Counted from the stretch's first letter, positions 34,443 to 48,970 are shown. The stretch: DNA of 64,000 nt from Lepidodermella squamata (GCA_047495785.1 JBLDXI010000001.1:1488001-1552000), one strand, 5' to 3'. Notes: a model not told the origin generated them from the letters alone. Numbers and translations: made by a program.

Positions 34443-35564
34443 TTAGGCTGATATGATTCGGCTTTCACGGGCCGCCTTGAGTTTTCGGTGATACTGCTCC
34501 ACATCATCATCGCCCCAATTTCGAACTCCAAGATTGCTGAAAAATTCTCTTTTCAGTGAGTGACACTGCAGCGATTCAGCTGAGGAAATGCCATCGCATA
34601 TCACCTCGACATTATCTTCCAACTGGTGAAACGAATCAGGCCCAGTCAGAAGTACATCCACCCCTAGTTTCTGGCCCTCTATCGCCGAGTAACCATAGGC
34701 CAGTCGTTCGATTTTGAAACCAGAATCTCGGCACTTTCGAACAGCTTTTTCAGCGGCGGATTCAAGTTCATTGTTGGCATGAAGCCAAGCAGGAGCTTCT
34801 TTCTCGGTCAATAAGCCATGAGCTAAAACAGAGGCATTGATAACACCAACGCCTTTTTCCTTCAAAAAGTTCATATAATTTCTCAGTTCTTCGTCTATCA
34901 GAGTTAGGCAGGAGTGATTGAGCACGGTGTCTATTTTGACCGACGATTTTTCCAACAGAAACTATTAAATATAAAAAAATAATGGCTAAATTTCTTTGCC
35001 TAAAAATCTACCTTAATTTTTGATAATTTGTAGCTCGCAAGGCCAATGTGTTTTACTAAGCCTCGTCGCCGAAATGTTTCCAAAACTGGCAATGTTTCGG
35101 TTAAGATTTGGTTGATATTTTCAGCGTATTCGAAATCGTGAACTTGAACCAAATCAAGGTAATCGAGCTGAAGAAGTTCCAAGCTTCTTTTCACACTTTC
35201 TTCCGTTTTTTGAGCGCTGAAATTGAACATTGATACGATATCTCGTTCATAACGGCCGACTTTTGTAGCCATGAAGTACCAGCTCCGATCTACCCCTCGG
35301 AGTCCCTCCGCGAACGTTTTCTCAGACTGGCCAGAGTTATAGCCGTACCACGGAGCCGTGTCAAAATAATTGATTCCGAGTTCTAAAAATTCATAAAGAT
35401 TTTAAGGAGGAAAATTTTAGGGAATTATATTTACCACACGCTCTTTTAACGATGTTTGCCCCTTGCTCGATCGAAATGGCCTCGTTGTAGACACCGAATT
35501 GGGCGCCGCCCAAGCCAGCTATCGAAACAACGCGACCTGTTTGTCCGAGTATGCAATATCGCAT
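34443..35564 (-). CDS. Aldo-keto reductase (L-galactose/D-arabinose dehydrogenase-like), parental paralog A; 2 introns
   Basis: MRY..LG.TG..VS..GLGG, GINYFDTAPWYG, ATKVGRY, DYLDLVQVHD. Confidence 0.9.
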
Positions 35565-35748
35565 TTCTCAAAAATTGAAGTTTTGAAGGTCAAATGATAT
35601 TGCAATTTCACTGCGCATGTTTGCATTGTTATACCACATTTATTGCGCAACAAATATTGCGGCAAATCAGCACAATAGAATTCGATATGAAGCGGATGAA
35701 AATCAGGCAAAAATAATAAATAAGTGAAAGTTGGTATTTTTCGAAGTT

Positions 35749-36886
35749 TCAGCTTGACTTTGTTCCATTAGCCGCGGCTTCCCGGGCAGCTTTGATTTTT
35801 TTCCGAAAAGCAATGACGTCAGCGTTGCCCCAATTGCGAACCTTTAGATTGCCGAACACGTCATTGACCAATCGATCACACATAGCGCTTTCCTGTGCTG
35901 TTAGACCTTCGCAAACCGTTTTCATGTTGTCGTTCAGTTGTTCAATAGAATCAGCCCCGGTTAGGAGGACACTAACGCCTAGTTTCTCCCCCTCCCGCGC
36001 CGCGTAGCCGTAAGCTAGACGTTCGATAACAAAGCCCTCTTCGCGGCATAAATCGATGGCCCTCCGCGTGGAAGCCAACAAATCGGCATCAGCTTCCTTT
36101 AACCACCCTGGAACAGAAGCGCCGCCAATCAGCAGTCCGTGAGCTAGAACCGAGGCATTCAAGAGCCCGATATTTTTTTCGCGGAAATAATCGGCATAAT
36201 CGCGCAGCTCGTGGTCGATCAAGGTCAAGCACGAGTGATTCAGAACTGTGTCGATTTTTACCGGCGAGTTTTCGAGAACATACTGATAGATAGAACTTAA
36301 TATTACGCGTTAATTCAGGTCGAAAACACCCACCTTAATTTGGGGCAAATTGTAGCTACCCAACCCGATGTGTTTGATCAAACCGCGTTGTTTCAGCCGA
36401 TCCAAGGCAGGTAGAGTTTCAGTCAAAATTTGGTTGATATCCTCAGCGTATTCAAAATCGTGAACTTGAACCAAATCAAGGTAATCGAGCTGAAGAAGTT
36501 CCAAGCTTCTTTTCACACTTTCTTCCGTTTTTTGAGCGCTGAAATTGAACATTGATACGATATCTCGTTCATAACGGCCGACTTTTGTAGCCATGAAGTA
36601 CCAGCTCCGATCTACCCCTCGGAGTCCCTCCGCGAACGTTTTCTCAGACTGGCCAGAGTTATAGCCGTACCACGGAGCCGTGTCAAAATAATTGATTCCG
36701 AGTTCTAAAAATTCATAAAGATTTTAAGGAGGAAAATTTTAGGGAATTATATTTACCACACGCTCTTTTAACGATGTTTGCCCCTTGCTCGATCGAAATG
36801 GCCTCGTTGTAGACACCGAATTGGGCGCCGCCCAAGCCAGCTATCGAAACAACGCGACCTGTTTGTCCGAGTATGCAATATCGCAT
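35749..36886 (-). CDS. Aldo-keto reductase, chimeric copy (5' half of paralog A, 3' half of paralog D)
   Basis: 5' part identical to gene A up to VQVHDF; 3' part identical to gene D. Confidence 0.85.
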
Positions 36887-37070
36887 TTCTCAAAAATTGA
36901 AGTTTTGAAGGTCAAATGATATTGCAATTTCACTGCGCATGTTTGCATTGTTATACCACATTTATTGCGCAACAAATATTGCGGCAAATCAGCACAATAG
37001 AATTCGATATGAAGCGGATGAAAATCAGGCAAAAATAATAAATAAGTGAAAGTTGGTATTTTTCGAAGTT

Positions 37071-38208
37071 TCAGCTTGACTTTGTTCCATTAGCCGCGGC
37101 TTCCCGGGCAGCTTTGATTTTTTTCCGAAAAGCAATGACGTCAGCGTTGCCCCAATTGCGAACCTTTAGATTGCCGAACACGTCATTGACCAATCGATCA
37201 CACATAGCGCTTTCCTGTGCTGTTAGACCTTCGCAAACCGTTTTCATGTTGTCGTTCAGTTGTTCAATAGAATCAGCCCCGGTTAGGAGGACACTAACGC
37301 CTAGTTTCTCCCCCTCCCGCGCCGCGTAGCCGTAAGCTAGACGTTCGATAACAAAGCCCTCTTCGCGGCATAAATCGATGGCCCTCCGCGTGGAAGCCAA
37401 CAAATCGGCATCAGCTTCCTTTAACCACCCTGGAACAGAAGCGCCGCCAATCAGCAGTCCGTGAGCTAGAACCGAGGCATTCAAGAGCCCGATATTTTTT
37501 TCGCGGAAATAATCGGCATAATCGCGCAGCTCGTGGTCGATCAAGGTCAAGCACGAGTGATTCAGAACTGTGTCGATTTTTACCGGCGAGTTTTCGAGAA
37601 CATACTGATAGATAGAACTTAATATTACGCGTTAATTCAGGTCGAAAACACCCACCTTAATTTGGGGCAAATTGTAGCTACCCAACCCGATGTGTTTGAT
37701 CAAACCGCGTTGTTTCAGCCGATCCAAGGCAGGTAGAGTTTCAGTCAAAATTTGGTTGATATCCTCAGCGTATTCAAAATCGTGAACTTGAACCAAATCA
37801 AGGTAATCGAGCTGAAGAAGTTCCAAGCTTCTTTTCACACTTTCTTCCGTTTTTTGAGCGCTGAAATTGAACATTGATACGATATCTCGTTCATAACGGC
37901 CGACTTTTGTAGCCATGAAGTACCAGCTCCGATCTACCCCTCGGAGTCCCTCCGCGAACGTTTTCTCAGACTGGCCAGAGTTATAGCCGTACCACGGAGC
38001 CGTGTCAAAATAATTGATTCCGAGTTCTAAAAATTCATAAAGATTTTAAGGAGGAAAATTTTAGGGAATTATATTTACCACACGCTCTTTTAACGATGTT
38101 TGCCCCTTGCTCGATCGAAATGGCCTCGTTGTAGACACCGAATTGGGCGCCGCCCAAGCCAGCTATCGAAACAACGCGACCTGTTTGTCCGAGTATGCAA
38201 TATCGCAT
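37071..38208 (-). CDS. Aldo-keto reductase, second chimeric copy
   Basis: Repeat of 35749-36886 at +1322 with identical translated ORFs. Confidence 0.85.
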
Positions 38209-38392
38209 TTCTCAAAAATTGAAGTTTTGAAGGTCAAATGATATTGCAATTTCACTGCGCATGTTTGCATTGTTATACCACATTTATTGCGCAACAAATA
38301 TTGCGGCAAATCAGCACAATAGAATTCGATATGAAGCGGATGAAAATCAGGCAAAAATAATAAATAAGTGAAAGTTGGTATTTTTCGAAGTT

Positions 38393-39533
38393 TCAGCTTG
38401 ACTTTGTTCCATTAGCCGCGGCTTCCCGGGCAGCTTTGATTTTTTTCCGAAAAGCAATGACGTCAGCGTTGCCCCAATTGCGAACCTTTAGATTGCCGAA
38501 CACGTCATTGACCAATCGATCACACATAGCGCTTTCCTGTGCTGTTAGACCTTCGCAAACCGTTTTCATGTTGTCGTTCAGTTGTTCAATAGAATCAGCC
38601 CCGGTTAGGAGGACACTAACGCCTAGTTTCTCCCCCTCCCGCGCCGCGTAGCCGTAAGCTAGACGTTCGATAACAAAGCCCTCTTCGCGGCATAAATCGA
38701 TGGCCCTCCGCGTGGAAGCCAACAAATCGGCATCAGCTTCCTTTAACCACCCTGGAACAGAAGCGCCGCCAATCAGCAGTCCGTGAGCTAGAACCGAGGC
38801 ATTCAAGAGCCCGATATTTTTTTCGCGGAAATAATCGGCATAATCGCGCAGCTCGTGGTCGATCAAGGTCAAGCACGAGTGATTCAGAACTGTGTCGATT
38901 TTTACCGGCGAGTTTTCGAGAACATACTGATAGATAGAACTTAATATTACGCGTTAATTCAGGTCGAAAACACCCACCTTAATTTGGGGCAAATTGTAGC
39001 TACCCAACCCGATGTGTTTGATCAAACCGCGTTGTTTCAGCCGATCCAAGGCAGGTAGAGTTTCAGTCAAAATTTGGTTGATATCCTCAGCGTATTCAAA
39101 ATCGTGAACTTGAACCACGTCGAGGTACTCCATTTCGAGCAATTGAAGGCTTCGTTTAACGCTCGCCTCGGTCCGCTCAGCGCTGAAGTCGAACATGCGC
39201 AAAATGTCGCGCTCATACCTACCAATCTTGGTTGCCATGGTGAAAGAGGAGCGGTCAAGCCCTCGCAAACCCTCGGCAAACGTCTTCTCCGAATGGCCAG
39301 AGTTATAGCCGTACCAAGGCGATGTGTCGAAATAATTAATCCCTTGTTCTATATCGAATTCAGCGTGAATTATACGGAAATTTCGGATGTTTAAAAAACT
39401 CACCATAAGCATATCTCACCACTTTTCCGCCCTCTTCCGTGGTAATTTTCGAATTATAAATGCCAAATTGGCCGCCGCCGAGCCCCAAAATGGAGGCTTT
39501 TATACCAGTCCCACCAAGCGTGGAATAACGCAT
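38393..39533 (-). CDS. Aldo-keto reductase, parental paralog D; 2 introns
   Basis: MRYSTLGGTG, GINYFDTSPWYG, ATKIGRY, EYLDVVQVHD. Confidence 0.9.
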
Positions 39534-39961
39534 TTTCAGTCTCACTTCTTGTCAGTGGAATCTCACATTAATTGGCGGAATTTTCGGGAGAAGAGTTTTG
39601 TGGCGTTATCTCGAGTCGCTTTGTTATCTAAGCGTTGTTTTCAAGTCTCAGTCCGCACTCCTGGTGATACAATATCGCGGTTTCCGGAAAGAGGGAACAG
39701 TGATATCAGGAATAGTTCGGATGCTAGGTGCAAATAAGCTATTTCCTATGCTTTGCCATCCAGATACCATAGTGTACGGAAAGCTAATTAAATTGAAGGT
39801 GTTCGTTTGCATAAATCCTTTCTCTGTGTACCTAAGTATTAGTAGTAGTGGTACAAGAGCCACCTTAATTTCGCGATTTTTTTTTATTTATCCATTCAAT
39901 TTTTACAATTATTTTATTTTATTATTATTGTCCTCTTTGCAAAATAATCGATGACTATTTT

Positions 39962-41876
39962 TCACACGATTTCAGCATATCGATCAATGGAATAAATCGA
40001 CAAAATCAACGCCGGGTTGTTTATAACGTTATCAATATGACACGCGTTTTGCTCAGCAACTCCAACCGCACTGTCGTTCGACAACTGATACCTCACTCCG
40101 GAATTGTCCTCGTGCACCCTGATGAAGTCATCTTCGATTTCCTCCTGCGTATTCGCGCTATCCTTTCGAGGTTTTTCTTTGTTATTCCGACTCTCCGTTG
40201 AATCGGCGTCATCTCCATCATCAATGCCCGACGAACTCTGACGCCGATTTAAGCGAGGCTTTGTCGTATCGTTGCATGTATTACCATGGTTCTGGTCTGA
40301 ATTTGCATTCGTGGGTAGAATAGGATCGGAATTATTTTTCACGCATGAACTGCCCGTCGCAATTAGGCATTGCTCTTCGCCAGATTTAATTTTCGCATGA
40401 TCAGACATCGGCTGCGGCTTTCGCGCTTCAGTGGTTTTGATCACCTTTTGATCACCAGGCCGGTTTGAGTCCCCTCGTTTTTGCACGCATTTACGACATA
40501 TTTTCATGATTTCAGGCCGAAGACGTTCGTTCAGAAATCCGTAGAGAATCGGGTTCCACAGCGTGCAAGTCATGGCGACGAGATGAGAGAAGAAATAAGC
40601 CGGGGGCAGCCAACTGACAGTCCACTGCCCGGGTCGGTTAGGATCGGCTAGATAATCAGACACTAAAATCAGGACATTGATCGGCATCCAGCATGCCATG
40701 AATATGGCCACCATCGTCATTAGGATGGCGCTTGTTTTCCAAATTCGACGATGAGCTGAGTTGCCGGATGTCAGCGGGTTCGAGTGTTGACGACCCCCCG
40801 ACCCTGCACTTCTCACACTCGGGTGAGAAGCTGTACCATTCGCAGCAGCGGCGGCAGGGTGGGATAAATTAGCCGGCGCACTTGCCGCATTTTTTTGATG
40901 ACCTGTCCTAAATCGTTTCTGCCTCTGCAATGTGACGAAGATTCGTATGTAACAGTACGCGATTATAATTGCAGGCACGAGGAATTGACTGGAAAGCACG
41001 GCATAGGAATAACCGCGGCGGAAGTCCGAAGAATACCACTGTTCGGTGCATTTCGTTAAATTGACGTAATACTCGGCTTCGGTTAAATTCTCCTGGAATT
41101 TGTAGTCAGGTATATAGCGAATGTCGATCTCTTCCTGCGTCAAGCTGTATGATAGGAAGATGGGTACGCATACGAAAGACGAGGCTGTCCAAACTAGGCC
41201 GACTGCGACGAGTGACGATCGAATGCCCAAGCGGTATTTGCTATGAGGATAGCACACTGCAATATGCCGATCAACGGCCATTACGGTCGAAGTGAAGGCG
41301 ACCACGCATACGGCTAAAATCAAGGTCGATGGAGTGAGACGACAAAAAAATTCACCGAAAATCCATTCGTGTCTGAAAAAAAATTAAAATAAGGCTAAAA
41401 TTCCTAATTCGAACTTGATTTTTCGATAAAACGATAAAATGTTTAAAGAATTACTTACGAATAATAATGGTATGGCGTTGAGGTGACGCTAAATAGGCAT
41501 AGGATGATATCAGCAATCGCTAAATTCGCAACGAAAGCATCTGAAATATTAGGATTTCAATTATTAAAAAAAATTCCTAAGGAAAACGGGCTTTACTTGT
41601 TACGGCAGATGAAATGTGATGTTGGTAATTTGAGGTGGACGCATGGGCTATCCGGACTGATTCGAACCACTGGCGGACACAGACCACTAACATGGCGATA
41701 TTGCTGACATTGCCGATGATAAAAACGAGGCTGTAAGCGATTATCAGGGCGGTCTGAACAGCGGGCAGTTGCATGTAGTAATCAGTCATGCCCTCTTCAT
41801 CTTCGCCTGCGATCGGGTACGAAAAATCGACAGACGACGACGAAGGAGCCTGATCATCGAATGCCGATACCTCCAT
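39962..41876 (-). CDS. Rhodopsin-class neuropeptide GPCR (NPY/PrRP/sNPF receptor-like), 3 exons
   Basis: GNVSN, VTNAFVANLAIAD, WIFG..C, MAVDRH, CTEQW, QFLVP, CWMP, WNPILYGFLN. Confidence 0.88.
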
Positions 41877-44540
41877 TTGATTTATCAAAGATCGAGCAAG
41901 CGCATATTCAAAAATTACCGCGTCATTCCTATATAAAAGAAAGGAAAACGGGGGAAAATTCCCATTTTAATGAAGTTTTAAGCTTGATAATTGAGCTACT
42001 ATACAGGCTTATAGCTGCGGTAATAAATATAGGTGTGGGTGAAATAAATAATACGAATAAGGCCTGCGTTCAACTGGTGCGGATCGAAATGCGGAAGCAA
42101 TCGGCTCTCGATATGTCAAAGTGAAAAAATGGCGCGCTAATCGATAAATTTCAGCTTGTTTTGGCGTCGCGTTTTATTTACACGCTGGTGACAAAGACGA
42201 ATAAAATAAGTTCAAAAGTGAGAGAATTTCGTGCTCGATTATTTTGTCGTGTGTCATCGCATCATGCGAGCGATTCACATATCGCTAAGCGGTTTAATAT
42301 ACATTACTGTGATTTTTTTTACAATCCGATGGGAATTGCATCGCTTTACCAGCTCAAGAGCGTGTTCTATATGTGATCCAATTATGTTTGCTAGCCGTCA
42401 TCATCATTATCAGTATCGCAAATCGCAAATAGTCATCGTTGTTTGAACACGATTTAGGGATAAAATTGAAATATAAAACCATCAAATGGCCGTCCAAGCG
42501 TATAGAAGCGGTTGTGGGTGGAGAGTCAATAATACCATCTGGATGATGACGCAGAAAAAAATCGAAAAAGTTCGAATTTTCAAAGGCTAGCTAAAGGCGG
42601 CTAAAATGGGAATCGTTATAGGAAACACAGATTCGTTATAGGAAACCTAAACGATGAATGCGTTGTTGTTGTCGGGTGTTATTATTGTTTTCTTAAGCGT
42701 GTCCGACCAGCAGCGAAATGGTACGAAAATTTCTGTTGCGCAGCGCCTCGCCTGGTAGAAACTGGGCTATACGCTGTTTTCCTTGTAAATAGTATATAAT
42801 ATTCGCACGCGCTATACCTGTAAATAATATTAGCGATAAGTCGATTTAACAGTAAATAAGAAAAACAAAGTGATGACGCAATGGAAATGCTTTATCTACA
42901 AAACTGAGCGTTTTCCTATTTAGAAACAGCTAAATATTTGGGTTGAAGTTAAGAGTCGGCGGCAAAAATTGCCAATATTTTTCACTTAATAACAGCTGCA
43001 TATTATCGTAATATATAGCAATAGAAAAAAAGTTGTCTGATCTCTGCGGTAGAGCCACCAGATATAATATTTTCCTATATGTCTATCGATATGTAATTTT
43101 GCGATCGCCGAAGCGTGCATAGGGTGGGGTTTTTTTATTAGCGGGTATCGCATCACAAATATTCGGCAAAAAGCGCAGGGCAGATTATATGTGCGTGCGG
43201 TGGTAAGAGGAAAAAATGAGCCTACAGTGGCTCTTAATTATTACCACCCGATGATAAAAGAAAGCTGGGAGGATAACAGAGCTGGAATCGCAATTCTTAT
43301 CACTCGAGATCGATTTTTTACGAGTCTCCAAGAACATCTCAAGTATTGCATTTCTTATGCAGAAAAAGTGAATAAATTGATTGAGAGATATGCGAGCGAT
43401 TTTCAGCTTAGTGGGTTTCAAATATTTGATTTAACAGTCGCATGCGCGAATTTTCTAAAACTTTTGGTATAAAAACAACAAACATCATTTTTGATGCGTA
43501 GTATAAACGGATGTCTTAAATGCGATTTCAGGTAGTATCATAAACAAAATTAAAAATGAAAGTGACATTCAGGTCGATAGTATAATGGAACACAGGAGGC
43601 AGGTGTTTATCCGCCGTGAATCGAGTGGCCACGTGTTGATTCGGCTCATCGCGCGTCGGTCTCAAGAGGCTTCGCGTTTTATGCGCGTCACATCGGCACA
43701 CAAGTTCTCAGCAATCAGCATTCAGCTATAATATTATTGATTAAAGAAATATTACAACCTGCGCGGCCGAGGAGCGCTCGATTACAAAGATTAAGGCAAA
43801 AAATGTTTGTGTTGACTGGTTCCACTCTGATAAATAATAAAACTAGAATGTAATGTTGTACTTCTTGCTTTCCGTCAAAATCACTTTGGAAAATTATGAC
43901 GCAGTAAGCACAAATAAAGCGCGCGCCAAGAGTAAAAATAACACAAAAATCGTTGTCCATTTGCAATATAATGTGCGCTCGCGCTGAAAATAATAAGCGC
44001 GTTTAGTAGCCAATATATTACGCACAATAATTATTGATGATGATGGCCAACCCTGGCCTAGAATTTGCGGCCAAAACCTCATCATCATCATCATCATCAT
44101 CGTGGCTTGGTTTCTTCGCTTAATGGCCACCGCCTGTGCGTTTCATCCTTCCGCGCATAATGCTGCCGTATTATATCGACATAATATCGTTACTACATAG
44201 TATTTCGATTTACTTTTCGGCTATAAGGCGCACAAAATGTCCACTACGATGCGCGCGCGCAACGTTCACGCGATTGCACGTCAACAAAAAATTAACATTT
44301 CAGCGCATCGATAAACAAGTGCGCAGCAGAAATTGCCGATTACAATATAGCTGTTATTGTTGTTGCTGCTAACAAAGATGCCACTCACTCCGTCGTGAAA
44401 ATTCTTCCCAGCGGCGTAAAATTAGACACCTTTGTTTTTATAAGCCTTATCAACAATCACAACTAAGTCGTCTCCATCATGTTTATTATAGTCTGAAAGT
44501 GAGCAAATAACAATAAAATCAAAACTAAAAAAATAGTTCA

Positions 44541-46904
44541 TCAGCTGTCTATTGTTAGATTGTGCGAATCGAGTGATTCAACACTGGCTCGAGGTGCCAA
44601 TTTTTCATTAGAACTATTTTCAATAAATAAGGTGGATCGGAGTAACTTGGGCGTCCGATCATTCTGTGAGAAATCTTTCGACAACAATCGCTGTGCAACC
44701 TGGGTGTTTTGCTCCGAAATATTTCGTAATGGCGTTTTTATCGACAAACTGTTCTTCCGCGGCAGGAAGAGATGAATCACTTTTAGCCTCAATTTGCCGT
44801 TCATCCAACCGTAAAGAAGTGGGTTCCAAAGCGCGCATGACGTCGCGATAATATGCGCGGCGAAATAAGACGGGTGATACCAGGCAAAGGCTTCCCACAC
44901 ATTTCCATCGTAAACGTCAGCAAGTAATAGCAGGACATTGATAGGCAGCCAGCAGAACATAAAAATTACAGCCATTGCAATTAAAATTCGAATCGTTCTC
45001 AACGTTTTCCGATCTTCGTTCATATTTGCTATTTGGCTTCTTTGCGGTATATCAATCGGATTTCCGCCTTGAGTTGTCACCATCCATAGGGTGAGAACTC
45101 TTGAGGCTGCTAGAACAGAGCGGGCGCCGTACTGCAGGCTCCTGGCTCTGAGCTGGCGACTTATTAGGGTGTAGCAGACGCTAATTATTGCTGCTGGGAT
45201 GCCAAATTGAATGGCCATTATTCCGACTGAATAAGCTTTACGAATTTCGTCCGACGGCCAGTCTTCGACGCATTTAGTTACCTAAAACAGAGATAAAGGT
45301 AAACGAATATTTTTCAATCGACTTTTGGAATGACTAAGTGCTATTTGGTATCGAGTGATTGTGAGAAAGAAATTTCAAGAATCGAATTCCCAGTAAAAAG
45401 CCCCTAAAATAAGATTACGTAGATACCTATTTGAAGGGTCAAACGGTAAAAAATTAAGAAAATGTTCCAAGTATGTAAATAAAATAAATTTAGGGTTCCA
45501 ACGCTACATTTTCCAACATTAAATGTTTATTTTCGCGTCTTCTCTAGAATCTAAGAATTTCATTATCAGGCTAATAATCAATATTTCTCAATATTACGCG
45601 TATTTCGCAAAATGAACATTCAATTTAAGAGTTATACTTTAGTTTGTAAAACCAATATCGATTCCAGGTATCGATTTTATAAATCAGTGATTTTTCTGAA
45701 ATCAGAAGTGTGAGATGCCAAATTTGAATACATTCCCACCTAACTGATGGCAGCTAAAATGACAAATCCCAAGGTCATTGAAGACATCAGTATCGACCAC
45801 CCAAAAAGAAAAGAAAGGGCGAGTCGCAAAGAATCTGAAAAATTGCCAAAACGCTTCAATATGGCGCTGGAACCTTCATTTTACATTAGTATACATTGGT
45901 ATCCAAGGCCCATTCAAAAAATATTTGGAGAATAGAAAGAAAAAAATTCGAACTTAGCTGAAGGAGTTGTTAGATCTTAGCTTATTCTCGTAATAGGTAA
46001 TTTTCTTCTAATTTCTTACAAAAAAATCATCCGAACTTTTCAGACATTTTCTTGATTTTTTATGACTTACCGTCAAACGGGGTGAATTTGGGGATTATGG
46101 TGTTCTTTATTTGCCAAAGTAGGACTTTGCTAATTTTTATCAGAAATTAGCGAGCTGCCCCATGAAACTGGCCTTTTCTTGGGCTATGTGACCCCATTTG
46201 ATTGTATATTTTTCGAGACTTTTGATCCCAAACTACCAAATTATTTTTTTCTATCGAATTTAAAGCGGAAAAAAACGAAAGAAATTTACTCATGATCAAT
46301 TCCCTTCATTTCGGAACAATTTTCAGCTTACATTGAGATCTTCGGAGAATTTCAAGCTAGCATTGAGGCTGATTGGTAAGCTGCATAGTACTGAAGCGAA
46401 CCACAACAACACGAGACAGACTAAAGCAGAGTGTAAAGTGAGCCTTTTCGAATGCGGGTGGCAAATCGCCAAAAGTCGATCAATAGCAATCGTTGTCGAC
46501 GTGAAAGAAATGACGCAAACGGCGACAACAGAAGTCGATGGTAGAATTTTACACGCCAGCTCGGTGAACGGCCAGTCTGCGAAGTAGTACGAGACCGGGG
46601 TGAAAAACAGACTGAAAACGCATAGCACGATATCGGCAGCTGCCAGATTTGTCACGAGAACATTTGTAACACTAAAAGCTGCCCGTTGCGTCGCGTTTTT
46701 GCCCAACTTCGCCGCCGGGTCGAGTCGCAAATCGGCGATTTGATGCTTGATCCCGATCAACAGCATTAAAGCGTTCGATAGGCTGCCGAATAGGAAAATT
46801 GTGGCGTAACATGAATAAATAGCTATTTTAGCTCCAAACGCATGCATGTAGTCAGAGGGCTCCTCTTCATCCTCTTCATACCACGACTCTGTTGAGTTCT
46901 CCAT
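44541..46904 (-). CDS. Second NPY/PrRP-like GPCR paralog; intron 46331-45282
   Basis: VTNVLVTNLAAAD, IAIDRL, CVEDWP, QFGIP, CWLP, WNPLLYGWMN. Confidence 0.88.
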
Positions 46905-47167
46905 TAAAATTTCACGGAATGAAGTTGATCTCAAGCATGGTTGCTTATAGTGGTTATAATTAAATCAAACGCCCTAAATGACAAGAACAAAAATGTAAAT
47001 GCGCACTACAAATCAATACGGAAAAAATCGACATTTTCTGGCACCGAGGCATACATATGACTGATAAGATTTGAACGCTAAGGTGTGATAATCTACCAAT
47101 ATATTGGCGTTTTTAGCGATGATCAAAGCTGCAACAAATTCTTAAGATTGACCGATAACGAAACGTA

Positions 47168-48970
47168 CTAGTTCTGGCTTTCGTCAACGAAATTCGACGA
47201 CTGCTGGCACTGTTTTTTGGATGGAGGTGCAAAAGGGGCGTTAACACTTTTCCCGGGCAAAAGAGGGGGCGGAGGTGGTAAATTGATGCTGTGAACCTGG
47301 GGCCGAGTTCCGCTAGAAGTGCCGAGAGATGGGCGTTTAGTCGGAGTGGTTTGGTTTGAAAGCTTCTCTTTCAAATTCTTCACTTCGTCGCGTAATTTCG
47401 ACAGCTTTTCTTCGTATTCAGCTTTCATGTGTTCAATTTTCTGGATAAATACAAATAGATCGATAATAAATCATCCCCAAATTAATTAGAATCGATAGCG
47501 ATTCATCGCACTACGCAGCAGGCATATAAGCAGGTTTAATCTTGGCAAAAATGTTCCCTGCAGGATGTCTGGCGCATTTATGCAGTTCTATTGTATCACG
47601 TAGCGAAAAAAAATCGGCATCGTAGTACATCAAACTTTATTTACAACTTCCTAATGGGCGCAGATGATGTTGTTCTATGCAGAAAAAACAGATGAGCGTT
47701 TCCTGCCTTTTGTTTTATCGCTTATGTCACGATCAGAATCAGTTTTTTCTGGGTTTGTATCAATACTACACGTTGTGTTTTCTTTCTCCATCTGAGCAAC
47801 CACGATATGAATGCAACGGATGTAGTTCGTTTTCTGCAAATCGGCATCGCAACGAGTTTGAATGTAAAAAAACATGCGGTTACAACGGCATTATTACGCC
47901 GTCCATCTGCTTCGGTAGAAATAAACGCTGGTAATATAACCATCTACACCACGTATTAACCAGCTGTTCTTGAATATCAGCCGCCGATATTTGCCGATGA
48001 AAAATATAAAGTAACTCACTTTTTGAAAGCTCAAATGAAGGCGAGAAGAATCGTTTGGCAGCCCTGGGTAACCCGATAACCCTGTTCCGATCGGCTCGCG
48101 GCAGCGATTCACATTGCCAGGGTCGCCTTTGACCAACTTCTTTTCAAACTACGAAGGAAATAGCGAAAATCACACGATGTGATGTGAAAGCGAAAATCAC
48201 CTCAAGCTTCATTTCAGCCATCGATTTTGCATGTTCCTGTTGAGTTTCTTCCACGTAGATTTTTATCCTTTTATTCTCAGCGTTCAGCAGAGACAGCTGT
48301 TCACTTAGACTAGCAATCCTGTTTGATGCTGAAGTGTAGATACAGTATTATACCAAATCATTTCGCATTTCTAATAATTGGCATACCGTCCAACTTCAAC
48401 TTTTCCTTTTCAGCATCCATCTTTTTCAGCAAGGCATCGGATTTTTCATTCAATTCTTTTTCTTTCACGAGAAGAAGCTGTTTCAGTGCTTTGTTTTCAT
48501 CTGAAAAACACCTATTTGTGCGAATCATTTCCCAATTTACAGTTTCGTACCGTCAAGGCTTTTAGCTGATTTGAGAGTGACTTCATATGAGGACACGAGT
48601 TTCCGCAAGCATTCGTTTTCTAAAAATATTGTTAGATAACCAACTTCGAACTTGGGATAGCTTGTTTACCCTTCGTCATCAGCTTCAGTTTTTCGCAATT
48701 TATAGCGTTATCGCTCGATAGGGCGGCAATTTCGCGCTTTAGATTGCCATTTTGAATTATAACTTCACCAACTTTCTGATTGGAAAATCGAATTTCACAC
48801 CGATGATTTATTTTCTTTCAAATTTCTACCCTTTCCGTAGCAGTGAATAAATTAATGATTAATGAATGGTCGGGGGTAGATTTGCTCATGGTTTGCAGCA
48901 TCGAATCTCGCTCAATTAGTAATTGCACAGCTTCAGTGTCGTACCAGTGTCGTAGTTGAAAATAACGGCC
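47168..48970 (-). CDS. Uncharacterised multi-exon coiled-coil protein (5' end unresolved)
   Basis: Run of short phase-compatible GT-AG exons encoding K/E/L-rich heptads (e.g. ENKALKQLLLVKEKELNEK, RIASLSEQLSLLNAENKRIK, AEYEEKLSKLRDEVKNLKEKL); some internal exons unresolved. Confidence 0.6.

Larger units (their letters stand above)
35133..39117. repeat. Tandem array of 3 x 1322-bp units, apparently identical
   Basis: Unit starts at 35133, 36455, 37777; the junction 19-mer AAATCGTGAACTTGAACCA recurs at 39099; identical ORFs recur at 1322 spacing. Confidence 0.95.
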
